DNA of 64,000 bases from Terriglobia bacterium (lineage in GTDB: Bacteria > Acidobacteriota > Terriglobia > 20CM-2-55-15). Position 1 is the stretch's first letter. Every line of letters starts with the position of its first letter. Below, piece after piece: positions 1 to 9,836 of the stretch. Under the pieces are notes generated by a model that searched no databases, had not been told where the DNA came from, and saw nothing but the letters and a program-made list of their open reading frames with translations. A program made the translations under genes and the position numbers. The stretch covers positions 1,120,001-1,184,000 of the forward strand of contig CAXWPJ010000009.1 of assembly GCA_963664115.2 (NCBI GenBank). The letters run 5' to 3'.

Positions 1-1079
1 TGAATTGGATGACAAGCAGCGGATGGAGTTGGAGCGACTGAGTCGAAGCCGGAGTACATCGGTCCGGTTGGCGGAACGATCCCGAATTGTATTACTGGCC
101 GCTGAAGGTCGGAACAATTATGAGATCGCCGCCCGCTTGGAGATCACGCGCCAGAAAGCGGGCCGCTGGCGCAATCGTTTTGTGGAACAGGGCTTGGCTG
201 GGATCGAAAAGGATGCGCCGCGAAGCGGACGGATTCCCACGATCAGTCGCCGGAAGCGAGCCCGGATCGTCAAGAAGACACTGGAAGAGAAGCCCCCGAA
301 CGCGACGCACTGGAGTCGGGCCTCGATGGCGAAGGCCGTTGGCGTGAGCGAGTCCACGGTCGGGAAAATCTGGCGGGTCCATGGACTGAAGCCTCATCTG
401 TCACGAACCTTCAAACTATCCAACGACAAACGATTCGCCGAAAAGCTGGAGGATGTGGTCGGTCTGTATCTGAGCCCACCGGAAAACGCCATTGTCTTGT
501 CCTGCGATGAGAAGAGCCAGATGCAGGCCCTGGACCGCACGCAACCCGGGTTACCTCTGAAGAAGGGGCGGTGTGGCACCATGACCCACGATTACAAACG
601 TAACGGGACAACCACGCTTTTCGCCGCGCTCAACATCCTGGACGGTTCGGTCATCGGAACCTGCATGCCAAAGCATCGCCATCAGGAATGGATCCGGTTT
701 CTGAATCAGATCAAACGCGCCATGCCGAAAGATAAGGAGATCCACATTATTTGCGACAACTATGCGACTCACAAACATCAGAAAGTCGTCAACTGGCTCA
801 AGCGTAACAAGCGTTTTCATGTGCACTTCACGCCAACCAGTGCGTCGTGGCTCAACATGGTCGAGCGCTTTTTCCGGGATCTGTCCGAGCAACGACTCCG
901 GCGTGGCGTTTTCCGCTCGGTCCCCGAGTTGATCCAGGCCGTGGAGGACTACCTCGCTCGTCACAATGAAGACCCGAAACCCTTCATCTGGACTGCAACG
1001 GCTTCCGACATCCTTGCTAAAGTCCAGCGCGGCCGGCGAAATCTTGATAAGTTACAGTCTGTTTAACGGGGACCACTAG
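1..1079 (+). mobile_element. IS630-family insertion sequence (left end outside window); transposase ORF 5-1066
   Basis: HTH N-terminus plus DDE motifs (SCDEKSQ, DYKRNGT, ICDNYATHK, SWLNMVERFF); right end resembles IS630 ...CACTAG at 1074-1079. Confidence 0.92.
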
Positions 1080-1514
1080 GAGCAACGTGAGGGGTTCCGG
1101 ACAACCGGGGCTCCTCGCGTTGCATCATGGACCTATCTTCGGTCTTCGAAGGAATATGCAGTCCCCGATCGTTACCCGTCGCTCCTGCGACTGTAGCTGA
1201 AACAACGCCAGGGGCCTTCCCCCTCCGCGACCTGGCGCCTCACCATCTCAGTCTAGAATCCCATCGCACGTGCGAACGCTTTGCGAAGGCCTGTCGGGGA
1301 AAAGTGGCGTATTGTCAAGTTTAGGTGTTTGGTGGCGTTCTCGACACCCTTTGCCACCTCTGAGTCATCGATTCCTGGTCTCGGCCCCATCAGAATCCGT
1401 CCCCAAAACGGTTGGATTTGCTCAACCTGACACAGTACCGTTACGCCAGCCAATACCAGGGCGTTTGAATCGCCTACACTGCGGCTGGTGTGAGTCAGAA
1501 CCACCCGGCGGGCG

Positions 1515-1945
1515 TTAGTCTGTTTGGCCACGCTCTGCCAGCAATTTCTCATACCCCTCATCGTCGAGGTGAGTGACTGCGATCCAGGCATGGGACATTT
1601 CGTCGCCCGTGCGGCTACCGTCAAAAACCCACTGATCCGGGTCAGGATTGTTCGGGTTCTTGGCAGTATTGTCATACCACTGCTTGATCACCAGTACTGC
1701 ACCAGCGGGCAACAATGGAGACACAGCAGGATCGTAGATGTGGCTGTGGTGCCAAGTGGCGCTCCAGTTGGAAACCTGGCTGATCTGCTCAGTAAGGCCG
1801 GTCGACGGATAGAACACTTCCAGAGACGCCGCGTTCATACGCAGGTGACCGTGAGGCTGAAAGCTATCGATACGAACTGGATGGTCGAAAGAGTGGAGTC
1901 CTTGGGTCATGACATGGCCATGGGGAGGGATGACCAACTCACCAT
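1515..1945 (-). pseudogene. C-terminal fragment of a copper type II ascorbate-dependent monooxygenase-like protein
   Basis: FQPHGHLR, WHHSHIY and YDNTAKNPNNPDP...DEMSHAW motifs; N-terminus absent, fused in frame to an IS110 fragment. Confidence 0.65.
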
Positions 1946-2472
1946 TATTGATCCGTGCGGTTCGGGTTCGCATCCACGTCGAACGGATTCGATGCAATGA
2001 GGTCAGTTGCTGTTGGGCCAGCGTCTTGATCGGGACCGGATGAATATCGCTGTCACGATAGGCTTCCAACAACCCCTTCACATCCGTACGGTCGGTCTTG
2101 TTGCGCCTGACGTAGGGCGTCACATACTGCGGCGAGATCAGAACGACCGTGTGTCCCAGTTCCCGTATTTGCCGACCCCAGTAATGGGCGGATCCGCAGG
2201 CTTCCATCACCACGGTCGCCAGCTCCTGGTTCGCAAAGAACCCCAGAAACTTTGCCCGACTTAAACGATAGGTTTTCTCTACATGACCGGGGCGATCTGA
2301 AACACCAATTTGGAAAACATTCTTTGCCAGATCCACTGCAATCGTCTTATCCTTCATCTCGGACTCCTTTTTGTTCACACGTACGCGTGTTTCGCCCGCT
2401 TTATTGCGAGGCCCAAAATGACTGTGGCACTTCGATGCCGATTCAGTCATCAAAGAGGAGTCCATACCATCA
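1946..2472 (-). mobile_element. Truncated IS110-family (IS1111-type) element: left end plus N-terminal DEDD transposase domain (start 2357)
   Basis: MKDKTIAVDLAKNVFQ, MEACGSAHYW, KTDRTD; minus strand begins TGATGGT-ATGGACTCC, like an IS1111 subterminal IR; C-terminal half missing. Confidence 0.85.
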
Positions 2473-2555
2473 ATAAATCATCTTGTCGGACATTAGAGAA
2501 CCCTCGTATTTAGGCCTTTTCTCACTGTCCGACAATGTCGGTTCTCAGGACTTGA
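2473..2555. repeat. Dyad site pair A1 (left arm truncated) + inverted B1
   Basis: ATAA-ATCATC-TTGTCGGACAT at 2473-2493; TCACTGTCCGACAA-TGTCGG-TTCTCAGGACTTGA at 2522-2555. Confidence 0.9.
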
Positions 2556-2634
2556 GAATTTGATAGCGCCCAACTGACTCCTCTAGTATCTTTTACCGAG
2601 TTTTTTACGGTTCTTTCGGCTACACACTTTAAAC

Positions 2635-2770
2635 ATAGAATCCGGCACGACGCTCGCCCACTAGGAGATCCTGTCGGTTCTCGGCAAAGGACGATGGGAG
2701 AAATGTGGCGTACGCAGATTAAGATGTTCGAGCGTGAGGTCGCGATCAAGACCCTACCTCGAGAGGTCGC
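2635..2770 (+). pseudogene. Ser/Thr protein kinase N-terminal stub
   Basis: IESGTTLAH*EILSVLGKG/MGEMWRTQIKMFEREVAIKTLPRE: Gly-loop and VAIK motif, with ATA start, an internal stop and a frameshift. Confidence 0.85.
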
Positions 2771-3086
2771 CCGGGTTGTTGCCAATCGGGGCTGGATTTC
2801 AGGAGACGACGACGCGACAATGCTTATTCATTGGAAGGAGTCGGCGACAACGAAGACAGCCCCGTTTTGCCGCAACCGTTTGGGCGCAGGGGGGGGGCGC
2901 AGGATTTGTCCCTCGTCGGTCGCGATGCAAAGACAGCGCCAGCGGCCTCGGTTTCAGGCCTCGGTGCCCGCTCCTCACTTCGCGCCTGCAACCCGAAGGC
3001 CCCTGCGCGCGGTCCTCGAGACTTCTGCTACGGGCTGCTAGGGTCCGAAATGCTCGAATGGTGAATTAGCCGGGAGGTAGCAGTTC

Positions 3087-4912
3087 ATGGGAAAGAAGCG
3101 AAAAGAGTCTATCGGCCGACGCAGTTTCCTGAAAGGTGCAGCGGGAGGCGGAGCGGCGCTTGTTGCGACTGCCCCCTAGCTGGCGCGCAGTCTGGGCCCG
3201 GCCCCACGTCGGCGGAGCCGCGTGAAGGGGACGCGACGGCAGGCGGCCGGCCGGGGTCCGACTTCATGATGGACGTCATAAAACCCCTCGGGTTTGAGTA
3301 CATGTCGATCAATCCCCATTCCAGCTCCCGTGGTCTACAGGAATCCATCATCAACTACAGTGGAAACCGCGATCCGGAACTGATCACCTGCCTCCACGAA
3401 GAGGCGGCCGTCGCCATGGCGCATGGATATTTCAAAATTGAAGGCAAACCGATGGCTGCGCTGATATACGGATCAGTCGGTTTGCAGCATGCCTCAATGG
3501 CGGTCTACAGCGCGTTTTGCGACCGCGTGCCGATTTACCTGATGATGGGCAACGAATTGGAGAATCCCAATTCAAGAAGCGTGCAGGATCCTGCGGCGAT
3601 GGTGCGCGACTTTACCAAATGGGACGATGCACCTGTCTCGCTCGATCAATTTGCCAATTCTGCGGTGCGCGCCTATGCCATCGCAATGACCCCGCCGACA
3701 ATGCCTGTTGTATTGTCGGTAGACGAGCGTTTGCAGGAAAATCGGATTCCCAGAGGCACCCGTTTGCGCGTCCCGAAGCTCACTCTGAATGCTCCGGCCC
3801 AGGGCGATGCCACCGCTGTGGCCGAGGTTGCGCGCCTGCTGGTCAACGCTGAGTTTCCGGTCTTGGCCGTCGAGCGCGCTGCGCGAACCGAAGCCGGTCT
3901 CAGCTATATCGTCGAATTGGCGGAACTCCTGCAGGCCGGGGTCGTGGACACGATCCAGCGCATGAATTTCCCCTCGCGCCATCCCCTCAGCCAGGACAGC
4001 GGTGTGTTTGGCAGTGCGGACGTCGTCCTGGCGCTTGAGCACCCGCGACTTTCGCGGTCGAGCCTGATGCAGGATGCAACGCTGCTCAGCATCAGCTCAC
4101 ATGACCTTTTCACGCGGAGCAACTACTGGGATTTCGGAAGCTACCAGGAAGCGGATGTGGCGATCGCAGCCGATGCGGAGGCCACGCTTCCACTCCTGAT
4201 CGAAGAGGTCAAGCGCCGGGTTACCGGCGATCGACAACGCGTGTTCGAAGCGCGTCGCGCGACGCTGGAGGATCGGTTCCAGCGTGCCCTCGAGCGAAAC
4301 CGGCGGCTCGCGGCCTCGGGCTGGAACGGCAGTCCGATCAGCACCGCCCGTGTCGCGGCCGAACTCTGGGCCCAGATCAAGAACAAGGACTGGTCCCTGG
4401 TTTCCCGAAGTGATGGAATGAACGAGTGGGCATGGAAGCTCTGGGATTTCCAGAAGTATCATCACCACATCGGTCAGTCCGGCTCGGTCGGCGTAGGCTA
4501 CAGCAACCCGGCTTCGGTGGGCGCCGCACTGGCAAACCGTAAGCACGGACGTCTGAGCATCAACCTGCAAAACGACGGCGACCTTATGTTTCTCCCCGGG
4601 ACCTTATGGACCGCTGCGCATCACAAGATTCCGATGTTGACCGTCATGCACAACAACCGGGCGTACAACCGGGAAGTGATGTGGGTCGCGCGCACGGCCG
4701 CCGAGCGGGAGCGCGACGTCACCCGATCCGACATCGGCAACTCCATTGACAATCCCAACATTGACTATGCCAAACTCGCCGAAAGCATGGGATGGTACGC
4801 CGAGGGTCCGATAGAAAATCCCGCGGACCTGGGACCGGCCATTCGCCGGGCCCTTGCGGTTGTCGAGCGGGGCGAGCCTGCGTTGCTGGACACGATCACG
4901 CAACCCATCTAG
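3087..4912 (+). CDS. ThDP-binding enzyme (acetolactate synthase/benzoylformate decarboxylase superfamily) with Tat-like leader separated by a frameshift; long ORF 3266-4912
   Basis: CLHEEAAVAMAHGY, GDLMF...HNNRAY; upstream MGKKRKESIGRRSFLKGAAG joins the main frame if the C run at 3172-3176 gains one C. Confidence 0.85.
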
Positions 4913-4921
4913 GAGGTTCCT

Positions 4922-5344
4922 GTGAGTCGTTTACTTATGGATCGCTGGTCGGTCAAACCGCCTTCCTGGGCCCTGGGCGTGGCGGTGCTGCTGCTTGTCG
5001 TCCCGGTGGGGTGGGTCGAGGCCGAGCAGTCGCCGGCCGCGGTTGACGCCGCGCCCGGAGGAAACGTCGAAGACGGAAAGCGGAGCCTGACGACCTATAC
5101 CTGCTCCTCCTGCCACGGTTATTCAGGCCACGGCGGGGTCGACGTAGGCGCTCCCCGCATCGCCACGACTTCAATGTCCCTTGCCGACTTTACGCAATAC
5201 GTGCGGCAGGCCAGCGGTTCTTCAATGCCTCGGTTTAGGGCCGAAATCTTACCCGACACGGTGCTGGCGGATATTTACGCTTTTCTGAAATCCATCCCAC
5301 CGCCACCCGATTCCAGGAGCATTCCTCTGCTGAATGATCTGTAA
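4922..5344 (+). CDS. Monoheme c-type cytochrome
   Basis: Signal peptide, CSSCH heme motif, distal MP. Confidence 0.88.
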   Translation: MSRLLMDRWSVKPPSWALGVAVLLLVVPVGWVEAEQSPAAVDAAPGGNVEDGKRSLTTYTCSSCHGYSGHGGVDVGAPRIATTSMSLADFTQYVRQASGSSMPRFRAEILPDTVLADIYAFLKSIPPPPDSRSIPLLNDL

Positions 5345-5366
5345 CGAGGGCCTCAACTTTCCCGGG

Positions 5367-5445
5367 TCAAGTCCTCGCAAATCATCTTCTCGGACATTGA
5401 AACCCCATTTTCAGGGCCTTTTCTCAGTGTCCGACAATGTCATTC
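5367..5445. repeat. Dyad site pair A2 + inverted B2 (B2 truncated by IS30 end)
   Basis: TCAAGTCCTCGCAA-ATCATC-TTCTCGGACATTGA at 5367-5400; TCAGTGTCCGACAA-TGTCAT at 5424-5443. Confidence 0.9.
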
Positions 5446-5920
5446 GGATCAACCGGTCGATGCAACACAAGCATTAAATGTTTCTGCCGGAGTTGCGAAC
5501 TCCAAGGTCTTGCGTGGCCGCTCGTTGAGCTGCCGTGCAACCGCGTCCAGATGCTCCTGTGAGTGTACTGAGAGATTCGTCCTTTTTGGGAAGTAGTATC
5601 GCAGCAGACCATTCGTGTTTTCATTCGATCCGCCTTGCCATGGACTCCGCGGGTCGCAAAAGTACACGGTAATGTCGGTGGCCAGAGTGAACCGTTTGTG
5701 CTCGGCCATCTCCGGACCGCGGTCCCGGGTCAGCGACCTGTAGAGTTCGGTTGGCAGCTTCTTCGCCTGTCGGATCAGTGCCGAAACGACTGTCTCTGTA
5801 ACGGACAGCTTCACCAACATGAGGTAAGACAAATGACGTTCGACCAGCGTTGCGATGTGGGTGTTCCTCGCCGATAGCAGATCCCCTTCCCAGTGTCCCG
5901 GTAGGGCCCGGCGATCGCGA
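5446..5920 (-). mobile_element. IS30-family remnant (C-terminal transposase part and right end)
   Basis: PGHWEGDLL, SLTRDRGPEMA, PWQGGSNENTNGLLR, LNERPRKTL...CVASTG*. Confidence 0.85.
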
Positions 5921-5942
5921 CCTACTTGGTCCCGAGATCGAA

Positions 5943-7469
5943 TCAGATGTATTGAGGCCGCGGCTGCTTGACCGGCGGGACCTGAAGCTCGGGCATCGGC
6001 TTTGCGGCAAAGATCCAACGGCACGGTTTCGCAATCAACTTCGCCCATCGGCGCCCGCGGCTGCGAGCGCTGTCGGTGGCGAGCCCCGTATTCGCGTACA
6101 TCTGGGGGAACAGTAAGGAGATCAGAATGTAGGCCAGTCGATCGCGCAGCTTGTTCGTGACCCGCGAGCGCTTCCACACGTTCGACAGGTTATAGAACTC
6201 TTTCCAAACCGCCTGCGTTTTCGTCCGGATCTCATACGGCGTCATCGTTGGATGCGGAATGTAGAGCTTGGGACGTTTGTTCGGTGGGATAAGCCAGAAC
6301 CGGTTCAGCGGGATCCCGTCCACCGTCTCTTTGGCCTGATCGATCTCGCTCTCCCACTTATTGAAATCGACTGTACCGGGAAACGGCGTCAGGGTAACGA
6401 ACTGAGCGAAATCGATCCCTGCCTTGGCAGCGAGATCGGCGGTCGCGTCGAACGTGTCGTCGCGATCCGTCGAAAGCCCAAAAATGAACGAGCCGAGGAT
6501 GTGGACGTCGTGGTCGACAAACTTGCGGAGCCGCTTGACGAGATCGTCTCCCGCGACGTTGAAATCCTTGAATACGGCCTTCAGACCTTCTTCCGTCACC
6601 GACTCGACGCCGACGAGAGCGCCTTTCACGTTCGCGCGTTTCATCGCATCGAGATACTCGTCATCGTCCGCGGCTTCCATCGTGATCTGCGTCAAAAAGA
6701 CCATGTCCTGCGGAAGCTCAGCGAGGCGATCCAAGAGCTCAAAACGCTCCGCACGGATAGCTTTTAACTCTTCCACGCGAGCGCCGGAACGACGCTCCTC
6801 GAGCTCGATGTCTTGCTGCGTGACCGGGTAAAAGTTGTCGTCGGCGAGAAGTATGAAACGAAATCCTTTCCGTCGCAGCTCGACGACCTCCTGGACAACG
6901 GCGTCCGAGGCGTGCTGTCGAGGCCTTTGGCCGTCGGTGCGCCAGACCGAGCAGAAGGAGCAATGTTTCGGGCAACCGCGCACGGTCTGCACCGAGGCGA
7001 TCATGTAGCTCTCTGACGGCATCAAATCCCACCGCGCAGGAAGGAAGGAGTCCCCTTCGATGCGGCCGCCGTCGTAGATCCGTTCCGGCTCGCCCTTTTC
7101 AATATCTTTGAGAACCTGACTCCAGATGTTGTCGCCGTCGCCCTTCACGACCGCGGTCGCGCCGCCATTCTCGAACGCTTCTTCCGGATAGAGCGTCACA
7201 TGCGAACCGCCGAAGACGACATGCGCACCACGCTCGCGCGCCTTTTGCCCGACCTCGTAGCCTCGCAGCGCGTTCAACGTGTGGATACCGATGCCCACGA
7301 CGTCGCCCGGCTGGATCTTGGAATAGTCCATCGGATCGAGCGTCTCATCTACGATAATCGGCGTTCCGAAACGAGCCGGTGTCGCGCACGCGATCACGTA
7401 GAGCCAGCGAGGAACGATGATACCGATACCGAAGGAGGTGTCGCTTGGGTTTATCAAATGTACGCTCAT
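5943..7469 (-). CDS. B12-binding-domain radical SAM protein
   Basis: RGCPKHCSFC (CxxxCxxC); N-terminal cobalamin-binding-like domain (VVFGGSHVT); likely start MSVHLINP. Confidence 0.88.
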   Translation of the reverse strand: MSVHLINPSDTSFGIGIIVPRWLYVIACATPARFGTPIIVDETLDPMDYSKIQPGDVVGIGIHTLNALRGYEVGQKARERGAHVVFGGSHVTLYPEEAFENGGATAVVKGDGDNIWSQVLKDIEKGEPERIYDGGRIEGDSFLPARWDLMPSESYMIASVQTVRGCPKHCSFCSVWRTDGQRPRQHASDAVVQEVVELRRKGFRFILLADDNFYPVTQQDIELEERRSGARVEELKAIRAERFELLDRLAELPQDMVFLTQITMEAADDDEYLDAMKRANVKGALVGVESVTEEGLKAVFKDFNVAGDDLVKRLRKFVDHDVHILGSFIFGLSTDRDDTFDATADLAAKAGIDFAQFVTLTPFPGTVDFNKWESEIDQAKETVDGIPLNRFWLIPPNKRPKLYIPHPTMTPYEIRTKTQAVWKEFYNLSNVWKRSRVTNKLRDRLAYILISLLFPQMYANTGLATDSARSRGRRWAKLIAKPCRWIFAAKPMPELQVPPVKQPRPQYI

Positions 7470-7779
7470 GCCGTCTCCATAATGTAGCTTGAAAACCGGA
7501 CTGGGATCCAGCCAAGCAAAGCGGAGAATATAGGAGCACCGCTCCACTGTCAACGTCATGTGAGAGGGCAGGATCGGGCTCGATGAAAGACGAATAACAG
7601 ATCTAAGCCCCTCTCGCGCTGGACGAAGTTGATCCCATTCCACCCACGTCTCTTCCCAATGTCCCGATAGCACTTCGGGCACCCAACCTACAATCCAGTA
7701 GACTCATCATAATGTCCCTCTCCATCCATGTCGATGCTTACTCAGGCTATCGGGCTGTAGATGACCGTGAAAAATATTC

Positions 7780-7813
7780 TCAAGTCCTGACAAATCATCT
7801 TCGCGGACATTGA
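7780..7813 (+). repeat. Dyad site A3
   Basis: TCAAGTCCTGACAA-ATCATC-TTCGCGGACATTGA. Confidence 0.9.
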
Positions 7814-7917
7814 AAATCGGCCTAAATACGAGCGTTGACCTTCTGATTGCTTACAACTCCCTCCCTTAGTATTCTTTACGGAGTTTCTCGCAGTTATTTC
7901 AGCGACACACTCTAAAC

Positions 7918-7966
7918 ATGGAATCCGGCACCAAACTGGGTCACTACGAAGTCCTCAGCCTCCTTA
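7918..7966 (+). pseudogene. Ser/Thr kinase N-terminal stub
   Basis: MESGTKLGHYEVLSLL then loss of homology; preceded by the same leader as at 2578 and 24118. Confidence 0.8.
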
Positions 7967-8103
7967 GGTTTGACCCTGCGGTTAGGAGTTGCGAACTGGC
8001 CTCCGGAGATAATCGTGCGCTGGAAAGGCTCAGCCGGAGGCAGATGGATCTATACTCACGAGCCGGAAGGGAGAAAACTAAATCCGGCTGAAAGGAAAGC
8101 ACC

Positions 8104-9063
8104 ATGACATTGCGCATGCCCATGCTGAGTACGGTCCTGCTGGCGCTGCTGCTGGGAATCGCCGTCAGCGGCGAGTGGTCTGCGATGAAGGCGCAGAGCG
8201 CCTTCTCGCTCACACCGGTCGGCCCCGACCTCTACTTCTACTACACGGGTGGAGCTTCCAACTCCACCGTGCTGATCACCGAGGAAGGGGTACTGATCGT
8301 CGACTCCCAGGGAAATCGGCGCGCCGCCGAAGCGCTGCTGGCGGAGATCCGCAAGAAAACGGCCGACCCTATCAAATGGGTCGTCAACGGGCAAGACCAC
8401 GGCGACCACTATCTCGGCAACGCTGTTTTTAAGCGCGAAGGCGCGGCCATCGTGGCGGAGGCCGAGACGGCTCGCATCATCGCGAGGAATTACGAGTACG
8501 AACTCGAGTGGCGCGGTCTGGATCCGCTCGAGGCCGGAGAACATGTGATCCCCGAGGTCACGTTCGAGGAACGAATGGTCATCCGCTTGGGCGGGCGCGA
8601 GGTCATCCTCCTTCACATCGGTGCGGGGCAGAATCCCGGCGATACGGTCGTGTTGTTTCCCCACGCGCGCGCCGCCTACTCCTCGGGTGCGTTCGCGCCG
8701 AAGTCGTGGTCCAGCACCGCCTACGCCTCGTCCGTGGAGAGCTGGATTGACGTGCTGGAGAAGATCAAAGCGCTAGACGTGGACACCTACCTGCCGGGTC
8801 ACGCCCACAGGGTCACCGACCGGGCCGAGATCGACGAGGAGATTGTGTTGCTGCGCGAGATCCAGGCCGCCGTGGAAGACGCCATTGCGCAGGGTCTGAC
8901 CGCAGAAGAGACCGCCCAGGCGCTGACTTTCGAGCGGTACGCAAACTGGAGGGGTGCCGCGCGGCGCGAACGGAACCTCCGGAACCTCCATTACCTGCTC
9001 TCGACCGGCCGGCCGATCTACTTCGACTACCTGGACGGCCGCACGACCATCAAGCCGTATTAG
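8104..9063 (+). CDS. Exported metallo-beta-lactamase-fold hydrolase
   Basis: Signal peptide; VLIVDS, variant motif QDHGDH, PGHAH. Confidence 0.8.
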   Translation: MTLRMPMLSTVLLALLLGIAVSGEWSAMKAQSAFSLTPVGPDLYFYYTGGASNSTVLITEEGVLIVDSQGNRRAAEALLAEIRKKTADPIKWVVNGQDHGDHYLGNAVFKREGAAIVAEAETARIIARNYEYELEWRGLDPLEAGEHVIPEVTFEERMVIRLGGREVILLHIGAGQNPGDTVVLFPHARAAYSSGAFAPKSWSSTAYASSVESWIDVLEKIKALDVDTYLPGHAHRVTDRAEIDEEIVLLREIQAAVEDAIAQGLTAEETAQALTFERYANWRGAARRERNLRNLHYLLSTGRPIYFDYLDGRTTIKPY

Positions 9064-9145
9064 AGTTTGATCTTGCGTGCGGATAAGCGGTGTAAGCAGG
9101 GGCTGACGACTATGGCAGCGCTGACAGTGTCGTAGTACGATCGGC

Positions 9146-9230
9146 CAGAACTGGTTTGAAGAACTGAAGCTACGGGTGCCGGTTCCTTGATTCTCGGGGT
9201 CAAGTCCTGATAAATCTTCTCGGACGTTGA
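9146..9230 (+). repeat. Kinase C-terminal stub (QNWFEELKLRVPVP*) followed by dyad site A4 (spacer shortened to ATC)
   Basis: Stop at 9188-9190; TCAAGTCCTGATAA-ATC-TTCTCGGACGTTGA at 9200-9230. Confidence 0.88.
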
Positions 9231-9241
9231 GAAACCTTTCT

Positions 9242-9688
9242 TCAACCGGTCGGTTTCGGAGTTGCACGTTGACGAGCTTCGCAAAAAGCCTTCAGGCCTG
9301 CGTTCTCTTCTTCAAGGGAGCGTCTCACGGGGGACCTGAGGAGCGGTCCGAGCAGGGTCGCAACAAGACCCAACATTTCGATCCGAAGCACGCTCTGCAC
9401 GCTGCTGCCGGAGGGGTTCACTGCGTGCGTCGCCACTATATGAATACCCCATAGGCGGCCTTCCCACGTAAACATCTTGCCTGGATTGAAGGCAGTGACC
9501 CGCCACCGGATTCGAGGAAGTCCGCGCTGCTTGATCGAGGCTGTACTCCCGTGTCCAAAGGGGCCCTTGTCGAGCTGACTGATCGACTCCACGAAAGGGG
9601 ACCATTCGCCTCATCTTTCAATATCTTCAGTGGCGGTCCAGACGACTTCTGGGGAGGCATCGATGTAAATGACGTTTTCAAGCCTCAT
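9242..9688 (-). pseudogene. SRPBCC/polyketide cyclase family protein with nonsense codon
   Basis: MRLENVIYIDASPEVVWTATEDIER*GEWSP: TGA at 9613-9611 where W is expected. Confidence 0.75.
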
Positions 9689-9836
9689 TCTTGTGCTGAG
9701 CAGTTTGCCACAGATTTGTCGTGGAGGCCGGAAACGTGAACGAGCTTCTGCGATTGATCTCAGCGTCTCTAAATCCTGCTCGCGACGGACGCTTTCTCGC
9801 GCTGGAATCTACCGAGACAGAGACGACGGCGAAAGG

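Noticed and set aside
5366-5403. Dyad repeat as a CRISPR repeat (this copy ends ATTGAAAC)
   Set aside because: Copies are hundreds to thousands of bp apart, degenerate and partly inverted; no regular spacers and no cas genes.
9611-9613. TGA as recoded Trp or Sec
   Set aside because: Many genes here end in TGA and use TGG for Trp; a nonsense mutation is simpler.
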